From assembly GCA_043228905.1 (NCBI GenBank), contig JBHGNT010000022.1, positions 8,494,001 to 8,558,000 of the forward strand: a DNA stretch of 64,000 nucleotides, read 5' to 3'. The notes beneath the pieces were generated by a model that saw nothing but the letters and a program-made list of their open reading frames with translations, did not search any database and was not told the DNA's origin. The position numbers and the translations under genes were made by a program. This document shows positions 22,916 to 35,594 of the stretch, one piece after another. Position 1 is the stretch's first letter. Each line of letters opens with the position of its first letter. Origin of the DNA: Azolla caroliniana. Taxonomy: Eukaryota > Plantae > Polypodiophyta.

Positions 22916-24596
22916 CGAGTACGAAAGTTTGAGCTCCCAAATTTCGGCTCAGGGAAAACGACTATCGAGGATGAACTAAGAGCAATGTTACTTATGAGTA
23001 GCCTCCCCCCTTCGTGGGAAATTTTTGTCACAACCCTGTGCAACGCATCGACTACGGCTGTTAAATACTCCTTAGTCACAAGCGCAATTCTGACTGAAGC
23101 AGCTTGGAGGACATCTACGTGGAAGACATGTTAATCTCCGGACGACGTGCCGGAGAGCTCGCCAAACTCATTCGACAACTACGGTTGATGTTTGCCATGA
23201 AAGACCTCGGTCCGGCAAGACATATTCTAGGCATAAAGATTAGTTGAAATCGAAATCGAAGACAATTGTTTCTGTCTCAATCCAACTACATTGACCGTTT
23301 TTTAGAATGCTTCAACATGCGATCGACTAAATCTCCTTCGACCCTACTCCCAATTAGTCTTCGGCTGTCTTAGTGAGACTGCCCGACATCTGGTTCGGAG
23401 GGGGAAATCATGAGGTTGGCTCCGTATGCACCGCTAGTAAGTTGCTTGATGTACGCGATGGTCGTGACATGGCCTGACATTGCTCACGTCGTAGGAGTCG
23501 TCAGCATATTCATGCACAACCCTGTCTGGTCACACTGGAATGCAGTAAAGCATGTGTTTAGGTATTCTATTCAACCCAAACGACATCTCAAGCGTAGTTA
23601 GATACACCGTCTGGGACTTTGCAGGTTGCATAGAAAACCGAAAATCGACAACCGAATATTGTTTCAAATTTGGCAATAGAGCGATCTCCTGCAAATCGAA
23701 ACTCCAAGAGTGCACCGCCACATCAACGATTTAGGCTGAATACGTAGCCGCGTCCGATGTGGCAAAAGAGCCTTATGGCTCGGTCAACTGGCCTGTACGT
23801 TTCGACAAGTCGAAATAGGCTTGGCTCTGGTTGTTCATAGTGACAGTGAGGGTGTCGTCACTCTGTCGAAAAATCCGGTTCATCACAACACCTCGAAGCA
23901 CATTGTTCGGGATTGTGTCATTTTAGGGAAAATTGGCCTCGAGAAGATATCTACATGTGATAATCTCGTATATGGAATGACCAAGTTTCTTTCGGCGAAT
24001 CGATTTCGATCCCTTCGGCACTAGATGGGCATAATGAAGAATAAGTCCGATTAAGCCGGACACTTGGGATGTTTTTTTTTTCGAACAATCGACTTTGGCA
24101 AATCGAAGTTCGGCTTTAACTTCCCCAATCTCAGCTACTTCGGCCTTTAGTTTTTTCTAAGTTCACCAACTCCAACGAAATTTCAATTTGCTCGAAAACA
24201 TTGTATCAATCTGTATTGTACGTTCATTTCAATTTATAGATTTTCGATGTATACGCCCATTACGGGGGAGTGTTGAATGTGGGTCTCTAATGGACATATT
24301 TACACTCTCCCTTTCTACACATTAGGTTTAGACTATTTATGTAAATAGTGAGAAAAGCAGTTGCCCTAAGTTAGTCAATATATAAACTGACCTTGTAACC
24401 TAGTTTCAGGTTTGTTGAATGTGGTTGAAATATAATTTTCCTTGTGCCCAATCGTCTCTCTTTTTTGCGATATTGACTGATCTTGCGACTTGATTCTATC
24501 TCTTGTTGCCATCAATCTTCTTCATTGCATCTGTTAACGATCTCCTTATGGAAGAGTGCTGAGTTTGTTCCGCACTTATACGGCCGTGTCATCAAC
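22916..24596 (+). mobile_element. Deleted Copia remnant (gag piece joined to RT-RNase H) with 3' LTR 24271-24596
   Basis: LLMSSLPPSWE followed directly by YVEDMLI, PYAPLVSCLMYAM and SKHI. PPT ACGGGGGAG. TGTTGA...TCAACA termini. Confidence 0.75.
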
Positions 24597-24943
24597 ACAC
24601 CTTTCCACATGAGATGTGTATATACCTCATTGCGGTTATTTTTGTATTTTGATCATGCTTTTTAATATACACTCTCGTTAATCATCTGCCATTTCTATTA
24701 CTGTTCATAAATGTATCTTCCTCTCTCTCTTTCTCTCACACACATACACACAGAAATCACATAATCTTCCGCTCCTTAAACTAATCACATAATTAGTCGC
24801 TAATTAACCCTTGCTTAATAACCTAATTATTAACATGGTATCAGATCGTGGGGTTTAGAAAATCCACTAAGCCCACCTGACTCTGTGCTTGTGTGTTCGA
24901 AACGCTCACAAGAAATTCCGGTTTTCCGCTACCGTAGTGCCGG

Positions 24944-27900
24944 TGTCGCGACGATGAGCGTGCATGCGTTAGCTTGAGTGGAACCACCGGGGTCTCAGAC
25001 CAGAGAGGACATTCACGAACTTGTCGAAAAGATTTGATAATGTGGATAGGAGTCGAGGAAACCAATGTCACATTTTGAAAAGATACAAAGATTGACAATT
25101 ATAAGAAGTATAATAATATTTATCGATGGTAAAGAAGAAGAACAATAAGAAGTATATTTATAAGAAGAATTTTATATTGATGGTGATATCACATAATGAG
25201 CCTGCCTTACACAAGCCCAACTCGAGGCTTTTATAGGTCTTTGCATGCTTGTGACATGTACAAAACCATGGGCTAAAACCATGGCACGGTTTTGTATGTT
25301 TTTTTCCTATGGAATACTGAATATGACAAGGAAATATACAAAATCTAAAGCACTTAGTAGTAGCTTTAGTGGTAAGCTAATTGCCTTCTATGTTGGAGGT
25401 GCAAGGTTCAAATCTTACTTGCACCCCTCTATACGCACTCATTGCCATTAGGCCCTAAGATTATTTATTATTGATTTATTTTCATTTTTACAAGTATTTT
25501 TGTAATGTACATGGAACCACACTTTTTCACTTTTTCTCCCATTGGACGTGCAACATCACGACATCCACCCCCACCAATCCGCACATCCTCCGGTATGTGC
25601 CAAGAAGAAAAGAGTGATGTGGCCGGGTCAAAGGTGGTTGGTCTTTGATTTCCTCCTTTCTTGCAACTTGCCCACACCGTCTTTTTATCCTCTACTTCGA
25701 ACATGTCTCTTGTTTCTACCCACACCGTTGTTGCCATCCGATCCACGATATCATTCGCTCACCCCTTGCATTGCCATGTCTGGTTGTCATGGCTCCCTTT
25801 TCTCCTCTCGAGCATAACGCTTCATGCCCCGTGCATGTGGCACCTTCCTCCTGACCATCTCCTTGGTTACCTAACTTTCCTTTATCATCCTTTCTCTTCT
25901 CATACTTGCCTTTCCTTATGCTCACCAGCCTCGATTGGGTGTCGCGTCTCGTCTGCTTCAACCTCCGATTAGACCGGCTCAACTTCTGTCTTGATCGGTC
26001 TCGACCGATCAGCTTCTGGCTTCATCGGCCTTCGTCTGGATTCACATTCTGTCGAATCAGACTCAGACAATCGACTTCCGTCCGGTTTCCGGTTGGGTCG
26101 GGCCTGTTTGAACAACTCACGTCCGGGTTGGCTTCCGTTCGGGTCGGAAGACCAACCGCGTCGCCTTCCATCCGGATTGTATTCCGGTTCTTCCTTTCTT
26201 GCCACTCTCTAGCTCTTCATCAAACTCTATTGTAGCTTTGTTTTTGGCCTCCTTGTTGGCCACCGTTCCTCCGTATGCGCTATCTTCGAACTTCATCTTC
26301 TCGCCGCCACCTTCCATCTCTCCGGTCTTATGTTGGCTCTCGGGCACAACTACCGAAGTCTCCGGAACCGGTGTGGAGGGATCCCTTCGTCTATGGTCAT
26401 CCTCCTCATCGCCGTTTTGGTCTTTCAATTTCCTGCCGCCACCTTCCGTCTCTCCGGTCTCACGTTGACACTCGGGCACAACTGCTGAAGTCTCAAGAAC
26501 AATTGTGGGGAGAGCCTCGGCACCATCGGTCACCGTCGACTCATCCATAGACATCTGTCCCTCAACGTTGTTATTCGCATTGGCTTCAATCTTTGCTTCC
26601 CCGCCACTTTCTGTCTCTTGGGTCTCATGTTGGCTCTCGAACGCAACTGCCCAAGTCTCTACATCAAGTGTTGGGAAAGTCTCGACACGGCCATCCACCG
26701 TGGGCTCGTGCATAGCCATCTTCGACTCGATGTCGTTCTTCATGGCAACCGCCTCGACCACGTCAACCTTGCACTCTTCATCTCCCTTGATTATGCAAGC
26801 TTTGCTCATGCTTGCACCTTCATCACTTATTTCGGACACAATGTATGTTCCGAAATGCTCGTCCACTCTCGATTCTTCGGTCTTTCTCTTGACTGTCATT
26901 CCTCCATAAGTTGAGAAGGTGGCTTGTTCTACACCTTCTCTTGTGGTACTGTCGTACCGAACCTGGGCCTTCGTATTGGCCGCATCATTAGTCTACATTT
27001 CCCGGGAGGTCTTCTCTTCCTCGATCATCAATTGTCTCGGTTTTGGCTCCATTCTAGGCTTCTCTTTGGCTTTGACATGCACCTTTAAACTCTCATATGC
27101 CTCCTTTACGAAGACCTCTATTTCGAGTACCGTCGAACCTTCTATCTTCAAGCTTTCTTCATTAGGTGGTTGTGTGTAGTCGCATCCCGTCCTCCTTTCA
27201 CCATCCCTCATGGGTTGTGTTGTTGCCGAAGACAATCTCGTCTTCCTCTTATCATGTAGTCGGCATACTCTTTCCACTTTTCTCCAATCCTCGGTGAGGC
27301 CATTTGCACCATAATCTTCTTCGAGTTTGAGTCCAATGGCCATCCTTTCTCTTCAAACGATCGAATTCACAAACAACAAGACCTTATCCACCCCCACCAA
27401 TCTTTGTGCATGCTCCGACAGTTGAGAAAAACAACGCTTGAAGTATAGGAATGCTTGTGTCGCAGCTTGGTCGACCTTGTTCCTTCAGTCTCTCGTAGCC
27501 ATATGCCTTCAATAGAGCCTTCGTGAAAGTCACCCACGAATCATGAGCTTCTCGAAGCTCTTTCACCTCATTGTAGATCGGTTCAGCTACCACCCGACAA
27601 AAGTACTCCAGCCTTATAGCTTCATTCACACCTCTCGAATCCATCTCGGTATCGTAGGTGTCTAGAAAAATTTGGACTATGCCCCCGTCGAAATAGCCGA
27701 CTTGCTCGACCACACTTTCGACGGCTTGTTGGGCCGCATCTCATCTTTTACCTTCTCTTGAAAATTCCATCATCATTTTCGACATTGCCTCCATGAGATA
27801 TTCCTCGTCCATCTTCATCCTCCCCTACCGCTCTTCATGTTGGGTTCACCAAATGATGTCGCAACGATGTGCGTGCGTGCATTAGCTTGAGCGGAACCAC

Positions 27901-28544
27901 CGGGGTCTCAGACCAGAAAGGACATTCGTGAACTTGTTGAAAATATTTGATGATGTGGATAGGAGTCGAGGAAACCAATGTCACATTTTGAAAAGATCCA
28001 AAGATTCACAATTATAAGAAGTATAATAATATTGATTGACGGTAAAAGAAGAGGAACAATAAGAAGTATAGTTATAAGAAGAATTTTATATTGATGGTGA
28101 TATCACATAATGAGCCTGCCTTACACAAGCCCAACTCGAGGCTTTTATAGGTCTTTGCATGCTTGTGACATGTACAAAACCATGGGCTAAAACCATGGTT
28201 TTGCGCACACGGTTTTGCTTATGACATGCATAAAACCATGGGCTTAAATCCATGGTTTTGTGCACACGATTTTGTATGTTTTTTTCCTATGTAATACTAA
28301 ATATGACAAGGAAATATACAAAATCTAAAGCACTTAGTAGTAGCTTTAGTGGTAAGCTAATTGCCTCCTATATTGGAGGTGCAAGGTTCAAATCTTACTT
28401 GCACCCCTCTATACGCACTCATTGCCATTAGGCCCTAGGATTATTTATTATTGATTTATTTTCATTTTTACAAGTATTTGTGTAATGTGTGTGGAACTAC
28501 ACTTTTCACACTTTTTCTCCCACTGGACGTGCAACATCACAACA
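24944..28544 (-). mobile_element. Non-autonomous Gypsy-derived LTR element (gag remnant plus acidic ORF, no pol)
   Basis: Highly similar LTRs 24944-25563 and 27857-28544. PBS complementary to tRNA-Trp at 27834-27851. PPT at 25564-25577. gag-like ORF 27384-27713. ORFs 26993-27343 and 26117-26899. Confidence 0.85.
27834..27851 (-). promoter_or_regulatory. PBS complementary to tRNA-Trp
   Basis: The plus strand reads TTCATGTTGGGTTCACCA, matching the 3' end of plant tRNA-Trp (TTCACGTCGGGTTCACCA) with two C>T changes. The remnant TTCACGTCGGG also occurs at 62143. Confidence 0.75.
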
Positions 28545-31500
28545 CCGTTATGTAGCACGTATACATGATCGAAGGAAGAAAAGCCGAGAAGGAAGATACT
28601 ACATCAAAATGAACACATAAATGGGTAGCTCACTCCCTTAAAAAAATCTAGACCGAAGAAATTATTCATCTTCGGAGTACAAGATGAACCAATACCTCGT
28701 TGGCCAAGGGTATTGGAGTTACATCAACGACACACTCGAAACCAAACCCGACATCACAAACGCCAACTACCCAATGTGGGAGCAAGGAATGAGGTAAGTA
28801 ATATATTGCTTGGCAACATGTCTCCACGACCACATACTTAAGCACATTTGAGACGCCAAGACGCCTAAAGAGGCGTGGGAGAACTTGAAGAAAATGTTTG
28901 CCGCGAACACAACCGCCCGAAAGCTTCAACTCCGACATGATTTGAGCAACATTCGGCAAAAACATATGTCCATGTCGGATTACATCGCCAAGATAAAGAG
29001 AATTCCCGATTCCGTTGGCTCCATCAACATAAACGTCGACAAAGACAAGATGGTTCAAGTATGCGTGGGCGGCCTCGCACAACAATTCAACTCGTTAAGG
29101 ATGTCAATCTGGGCAAGGGAAAACCCTCTATCAATCTTCGACCTTCAATCAATGCTATTGGTCGAAGAGAACCATGTCTGAACCAAAAGCTAGACGTTGG
29201 AAGGACCAATGTTCTTTTTGAATTCGGATGGTGGCCGAGGACGAGGTCGATCTGGTAGAAGAGGTCGATTCGACCCATCTCATGAAGGGAACTCAAACCT
29301 TCGACATCAGGACGATGGAAGCCATAGAGAAACCTTTGGAAGAAGGGGGAGCTTTGTTGAGCGAGCAAGCTCAACCAGATTGAAGTACCTATCAGTACTT
29401 CTGTCAGTCCTTTATGGACTTGTATAAAAGTGCTCTCTGAGCACATTCTATGTACAGAATATTGAGAGTATTATTTTGAATTGTGTTATGTTTATATTCT
29501 TCTCTCTCTCTCTCTCTCTCTCATGTGTATGCTTATTCTCTGTGTTAAGCTTCCATTAAACCTTCTTCTCTTAACTGTTACTATCCGGCAGAGCCAGTTT
29601 GGCATACGCTTCCGCACGCTAACGTTAACATGGTATCAGAGCGCGAGGGTTAAGAACCTCTGCAGTCAACAAGAGACAAGTGAAGACAAACCCTAACACT
29701 CGGTGAAGAATAGAAGAGAACCTAAGATGGAAAAAGGAATGACCAGTTCACTTCCGATAGAAAAGCTTGACTAGAGCAACTATGCATCTTAGTCATATAA
29801 AATGTAGTAGTACCTGTTGGGGCATGGATATTGGAGCTATGTGGAAGGAACCAACGAGGTAGCACCGGAGCCGGCACATAATTACTTCCCAGCATGGGAG
29901 GAGGGAGCGATCCGAGTATTGTACTGCCTCGCATTCGGTGTGCACAATCAGATGCTCGGCTACATCAAGGATGCAAAAACACCAAAGGAGGCCTGGGAAA
30001 ATCTATGAAATATTTTCGCCGCAAGTACCACAACTTGTAAGTTGCAGCTCTAGCAAGTTCTGAACAACATCCGCCAAAGAGATATGTCGGTTACGGACTA
30101 CGCGCTCGGGTCCATCAATGTGAAGGTGGACGAAGACGAGATGGTCTAGATGCGTCTTAGTGGTCTAGCACAACGGTACGGGCCAATCAGGACGACAATT
30201 TGCACCCGGGAGAAACCAACGTCCTTCTTCGACTTACAATCCATATTGATGGTTGAAGAAACCAAGCGAGTGGGTCGAGGAACACTCAATCGGACAACCG
30301 GATGTTGTACATGGAGGTGGATCGACCCCGTGGGCATGGAGGATGAGGTGGGTCAGCATGCAATGTCAGCAAGAGTAGAACCAAAGGCACAGAGATAGTC
30401 CCGACAACAGTTCCAGACCCTCCACAAGCAAGGGGAGTCAAGCCAGTGCCGGAAACCGGCAAGGAAAGGCTAACACAGAATGTTGGTAATGTGGCAAGAA
30501 AGGCCATAGAGAAAGCGAGTGCTGGAAGAAGCGTGCCGATTCAGATAAATCTGGATCTGGCAAGACCAAACAGGGAAACCGGCAAAGCTTGCACTACGTA
30601 GAAGGATCAGAAGCACAAGGCCAACTCGATGAAGAAGACCACTCCCGGACTGGAGGAAGTGTGGTACGTTGATTCCGGAGCATCTAACCATATGACGAGC
30701 CATGAAGAGTGGTTCTCATTTTTTGAGAAACCGGAACAACCGGGGATTGTCGAAACCGGAGACGACACCCCTCACCCAATTGTGCATGTCGGAGAAGTCC
30801 CTTTAAGCCATGTCGGACAAAAGGGAAAGCTGATGAACGTAGTACGCGTTTCGACTATCACAAAGAACCTAGTATCGGTCGGACAAATAGTCGACCAGGG
30901 AATGTAGGTGCGGTTTACGCACCTCGGGTGCTTCATCAAGGAACAAGGCCAGATAATTGCGCAAGGGCGTAGATAAGGGAGGATGTTCATCCTCAACACT
31001 AATGACGTTGGCACCACCATGTTTGCCAAAGGACAAAAGTTTGAAGCAAACATCAAGCTCTAGCATAAGCGGATCAACCACGTCAACTACTCGAGGCTTC
31101 AAGATTTATAATCGAAACAAGTTGTGTTTGGATTGCCAAAGTGTAGTGGCCAAAAGGCCCAAATATGTGAAGCCTGCCAACTCGGGAAGCAGTACTGACT
31201 TCCATTCCCTACCGAACAAAACTGGAGCCGTAACAAGCTCAATATAATCCATTCGGATGTATGGGGACCGGCATAGAACGTTAGTCTTGGCGGGAGTCGG
31301 TATTTCATCTCCTTCATCGACGACTATAGCCGACACACGTGGATCTACCTCATCAAGAAGAAAAGTGAAGTCTTCAATTGTTTCTGAAACCCTTAAAGCT
31401 TAGTCGAAAGGGAAACTAAGAGGAAGATAAAGTGCCTGCGGTTGGATGGCAGAAAAGAATACTTTTCAGGCCAATTCAACAATTATCTGCAGCAAAAAGC

Positions 31501-32843
31501 AATTCGGAGAGAATTTGAAACAAAACGGTGTGGCTGAGGCGGTCTGGACGATCGTCTACATCCAAAACCGGATCGGGTATGAGGTGTCAGCACATGAACT
31601 GTATTTCGAGCGGAATCCGAATTTGAGACACCTTCGGATATTCGGTAGCATAACATATGTGCATGTACCGGATGAGAAATAGAGGAAGCTGAATCTGAAA
31701 TCAGAGAAGTGCATACTCGTTGGCTACTGGCATGAACAGAAGGGGTATAGGTATTTTAACCCCCGGACTAAACAGGTACGAGTAAGTCGAGATGTCAAGT
31801 TTGATGAGTCGGCATCATGGTACTCCCTACCGATTCCAACTCCCGACGAAGACCTGATTCCGGAAGATGAGGCTAGTGAACCCAGAGAGGTTCAAGAAGA
31901 AGATGAAGAATTCGGTACTCTAGATGAGAGTCCAATCTCAGTCCCACTAAGTGAACCGAATGAGCGGCTGAGTTAGGATGACCAATCGGATGAAGAACCG
32001 ACGAGTAGTGGAGACTCTGTCGTGCTCTCCTCGTGCAAGAACCGAGGAGACGGTTCACGTGCAAACAGAAGGGGAAGAAGAAGAAGCCAGAATATGATAC
32101 CAGCAATGAAGGGTCAGATTGGAGTGAATCTGACCCCAGAAAGGGAGAAGGCGGATCTTCAGAAAGGAAGTCTGAACCAGCCAAGAAGGGCCTCAAACCG
32201 GCTAACGAAAAGTTACGCCGCTCAATCTTCTAAAAGAACCTTGTCCAGAGGGGTGTATACAATGAGTACATGGCGCATCACTATGCGTACATGACTAAGG
32301 TGGCGAAAGTGTGTGAGCCAGAGAGCTACACAGAAGCACCAAAGAGACGCAAATTGGCATGCTACTATGGAGGAAGAAATGTGCGCACTTGATGCCAACG
32401 ACACATGGGACTTGGTTGACCCTCTCTGACAGTGTAAACCAATCGGTTGGAAATAGGTATATAAGGTGAAGTACAATGGGGATGGTTCGGTCAACCGGTA
32501 CAAGGCCTGGTTAGTGGCAAAGGGATAAACCCAAACCCACGGAATCGACTACGGCGAGACCTTCACTCCGGTAGCAAAGATGACGACAGTTTGTGTGGTA
32601 CTGGTTGTTATTGCGGCAAGGGATGCCATCTTCACCAAATGGACGTGAAGAATGCGTTTCTTCAAGGTGACCTTGAAGAACGAGTCTATATGATCTTACC
32701 CCCCGGTTTCCAATCAGAGATGAACAGGTCGGTAGTGTGCCGACTCAAGAAGTCGCTTTACGGTCTGAAGCAAGCCCCCCAAGCTTGGAATGGGAAGATC
32801 ACACACCAGTTGTGTTATTAAGATGGGGTTTGCGGTCTCAAAG

Positions 32844-33668
32844 TGTTGGGAAACAGGTCCCTCCGGATGGGAAGGAAGAAGAACAGTGCCGATGAACAGG
32901 CCGATAGGCCGAGGCCGAAACCGTATGAGGAGGACCCGGCTACGGAGAGCTGGATGGTACAGACCCGGTATGAACCGGATGAGGAGTACCCGGCTACGGA
33001 GAGCCGGATGGTGCAGGCCCGGTATGAACCGGATGAGGAGTACCCGGCTACGGAGAGCCGGATGGTGCAGGCCCGGTATGAACCGGATGAGGAGTACCCG
33101 GCTACGGAGACCCGGATGGTGCAGGCCCGGTATGAACCGGATGAGGAGTACCCGGCTACGGAGAGCCGGATGGTACAGACCCGGTGAGAACCGAATGAAG
33201 AGACATATTCGTAAATATGTTTCTGAGAGCCCATCGAGGCTACATTTGTAAATAGCCGAAAAGTCATATTAGTATAAATATGACTTCGGGCAAACTTTTA
33301 ATAACTGTTGTTGTTGTCTTTTTTTTTTTCTTTGTTGGTGCAAGAAGAAGAGAGAGCACGTAATAGTGTACAGAGAGAGAGAGAAAGAGGTTGTTGCCTC
33401 TGTTGTAACCGCCACGTGTGGCGAAGATCTGTGAGCACGAGGTCGTTGCCTCAGTGAACTCACTGTTGTACATTCTCACATAGTGACAGTTTGTAGCCTG
33501 TGGGCTACCGTGGTTTTTTCCCTTAGTTTGGGGTTTTCCACGTAAACCTCCTGTGTACTATTATTTTTCCTCTCCACTGTGTCGTGCATTTGTTTCCCGT
33601 TTTCTGCGTATGAAAAGAAGCTCGGTTGTGGCCGAGTGTTGGACATAAGGAGCCTTGAGTTCCCGTCA
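32844..33668 (+). mobile_element. Solo LTR with 5-bp TSD CAAAG
   Basis: TGTTGGG...CCGTCA flanked by CAAAG/CAAAG. Same family as 52483-53117 and related to 12101-12652. Confidence 0.85.
32921..33192. repeat. About five 54-bp tandem repeats in the solo LTR U3
   Basis: Unit CCGGTATGAACCGGATGAGGAGTACCCGGCTACGGAGAGCCGGATGGTGCAGGC. Confidence 0.92.
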
Positions 33669-35594
33669 CAAAGTTCGTCTTGTCACTGCTCATCCGGAAA
33701 GGTCCCGATGGTCCGGTTTGTATCCTACTATATGTTGATGATTTAGTCATCACCGAACTAAGACTGGATGAAATCAGTAGAGTGATGTCCCAGTTGTTGG
33801 ATGCATTTGAAATGAAGGACCTGGGGGACCTTCATTATTTTCTTGGGATCGAGGTGATCCGGACCCCCGATGGCATATTGCTCTCACAAAGACACTATGG
33901 GCTGAATATGCTTTACAAGTTCAGCATGACAAAATGCCAACCAATCTCCACACCTCTAGACCAGAACCTAAAGCTACACCTTGACTCCAGCCCGGCCTAC
34001 GATGAGAATTGGTTCCAACAAATTGTTGGAAGCCTCATGTACTTGACAATAACTCAACCCCACATCAGTTACCCGGTCGGAGTGATCAACCAGTTCATGC
34101 AGAAGCCGACCATCAAGCACCTTTAGTGCACACACTGGATACTCCGGTATGTTAGCGGCATGAAGGACTCGGAACTATTATACTGACACGGTATAGTTGG
34201 GAAGCTAGTCGGATATACCGATGTCGACTCGGCTGTTGATGCATCGGATCGTCAATCTACCTCCGGTTACATGTTTTCTATTGGTAGCACAACTGATGTG
34301 TGGAGCAACAAAAATCAACCAAGAGTGGCTCTATCGAGCACTGACGTTGAATATCGAGGCACTACCATTGCTACCTGTGAAGCCATCTTGCTTCAGTGAC
34401 TGCTGCGAAACCTCCGAATTGAGGTGTCAACCCTGATCCTGATTTATTGTGACAATGCAGCATACAGCTTGCCAAGAACCATGTATTCCATGCTCTGACA
34501 AAGTGCATAGAAGTGCATTATCACTTTGTTCGTGAACGGGTCCTGAGCGGTGAAGTTGAACTTCAGTATGCTCACACGGATCGGTTGGTTTCTGACATCT
34601 TTACCAAGCTGCTCGGATCGGACAAATGCAACATTTTTCGGAGATGCTCGACATTCAACATTTAGATGTGCCGCACTTGAGGGGGAGATCAGGAATGGGA
34701 ACGGATGGCACTGGACAAGGAGCCGGAGAGGAAGAAAGAGCCAAGGGGGGAGATGAGTAGATAAAGGAAGCTGAGGCGACCGAAGGAGTCGGCACATCCG
34801 AACAAGTTGGAGCAAGCGGTAGTGGCGGCAGAGTCAAGATTGACAGAGCCTACGGGAAGAAGGCCAAGACCCGCACGTGGTCCGATGTGGTGAAGGGTCT
34901 AAAAATGGAAGAAGAGTTGGAGACTACAAACTCAGACAAACAAGAGCTAGAACGAATCGGAGGAAGTCGATTCGGAGAAGCCAGATCAAGTAAAGGCCAA
35001 GTGGACGAGAAGGTAGCAAAAGTCGACACCGACACGGAGGAACCAATGGGTCGACAAGCGCCGAAGTCGTCGCAGTGAAGGAGCTGAGATGGGCCCGTTG
35101 AGCAGACAGGCTGACCAAGAAGGACGAGGTGTGCAGAATCGGACGGGTCGTGGGAAGTAGAACTGAACCGGACGAGGTGCGCAAGCAAGGCGAGTGAGCG
35201 GAATGAGGGGGAGGAAAGGACCGACTACTGCAAACACTAACACCATGATCGTACCTTAAGTTGAGCATGAGGGGGTAGTGTTGAGTGAGCAATCTGAACC
35301 AGATCCAGATCGGCTGAATAAGCTAGAGCCGGATTGGTATACGGAACGGAGAACCGGATCGGTGTCCGGATGATGTCCAAAACAAGGAGCTGGATCGGAG
35401 ACCCGTATCGGATTGAAACCGGTAGGTCGTTGGAGGCCTACAGATCCAACCTAGTACATAGGAATATTTTTGGGGGTCAGTGACAGTCGCTCATATGAGC
35501 ATTGAAGTACTTGTCAGTACTTCTATCAGTCCTTCATGGACTTGTATAAACGTGCTCTCTGAGCACATTCTATGTACAGAATATTGAGAGTATT

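Larger units (their letters stand above)
24597..29375 (+). mobile_element. Copia remnant: LTR end, tRNA-Met PBS (24836) and gag (~28620-29375), split by the 24944-28544 element
   Basis: 24597-24835 matches the LTR at 37541-37778. TTAACA followed by TGGTATCAG. gag KTPKEAWENLKKMFAANTTARKLQL. Confidence 0.72.
29380..35594 (+). mobile_element. Near-full-length decayed Copia with truncated LTRs, PBS at 29631, gag-PR-IN-RT-RH and a 3' extension
   Basis: [50 protein letters not shown] and LYVDDL motifs. PPT GAGGGGGTAG. LTR from 35279. Confidence 0.88.

Noticed and set aside
26117-26899. env-like gene
   Set aside because: Acidic and hydrophilic, with no signal peptide or transmembrane segment.
27834-27851. 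tRNA-Trp gene
   Set aside because: Only the 3' 18 nt including CCA are present, adjacent to an LTR, so this is a PBS.
32921-33192. CRISPR array or repeat-protein gene (ORFs 32790-33251, 32843-33187, 32818-33267)
   Set aside because: Head-to-tail 54-bp units without unique spacers, inside a TSD-flanked solo LTR. The ORFs are by-products of a stop-free unit whose length is divisible by 3.
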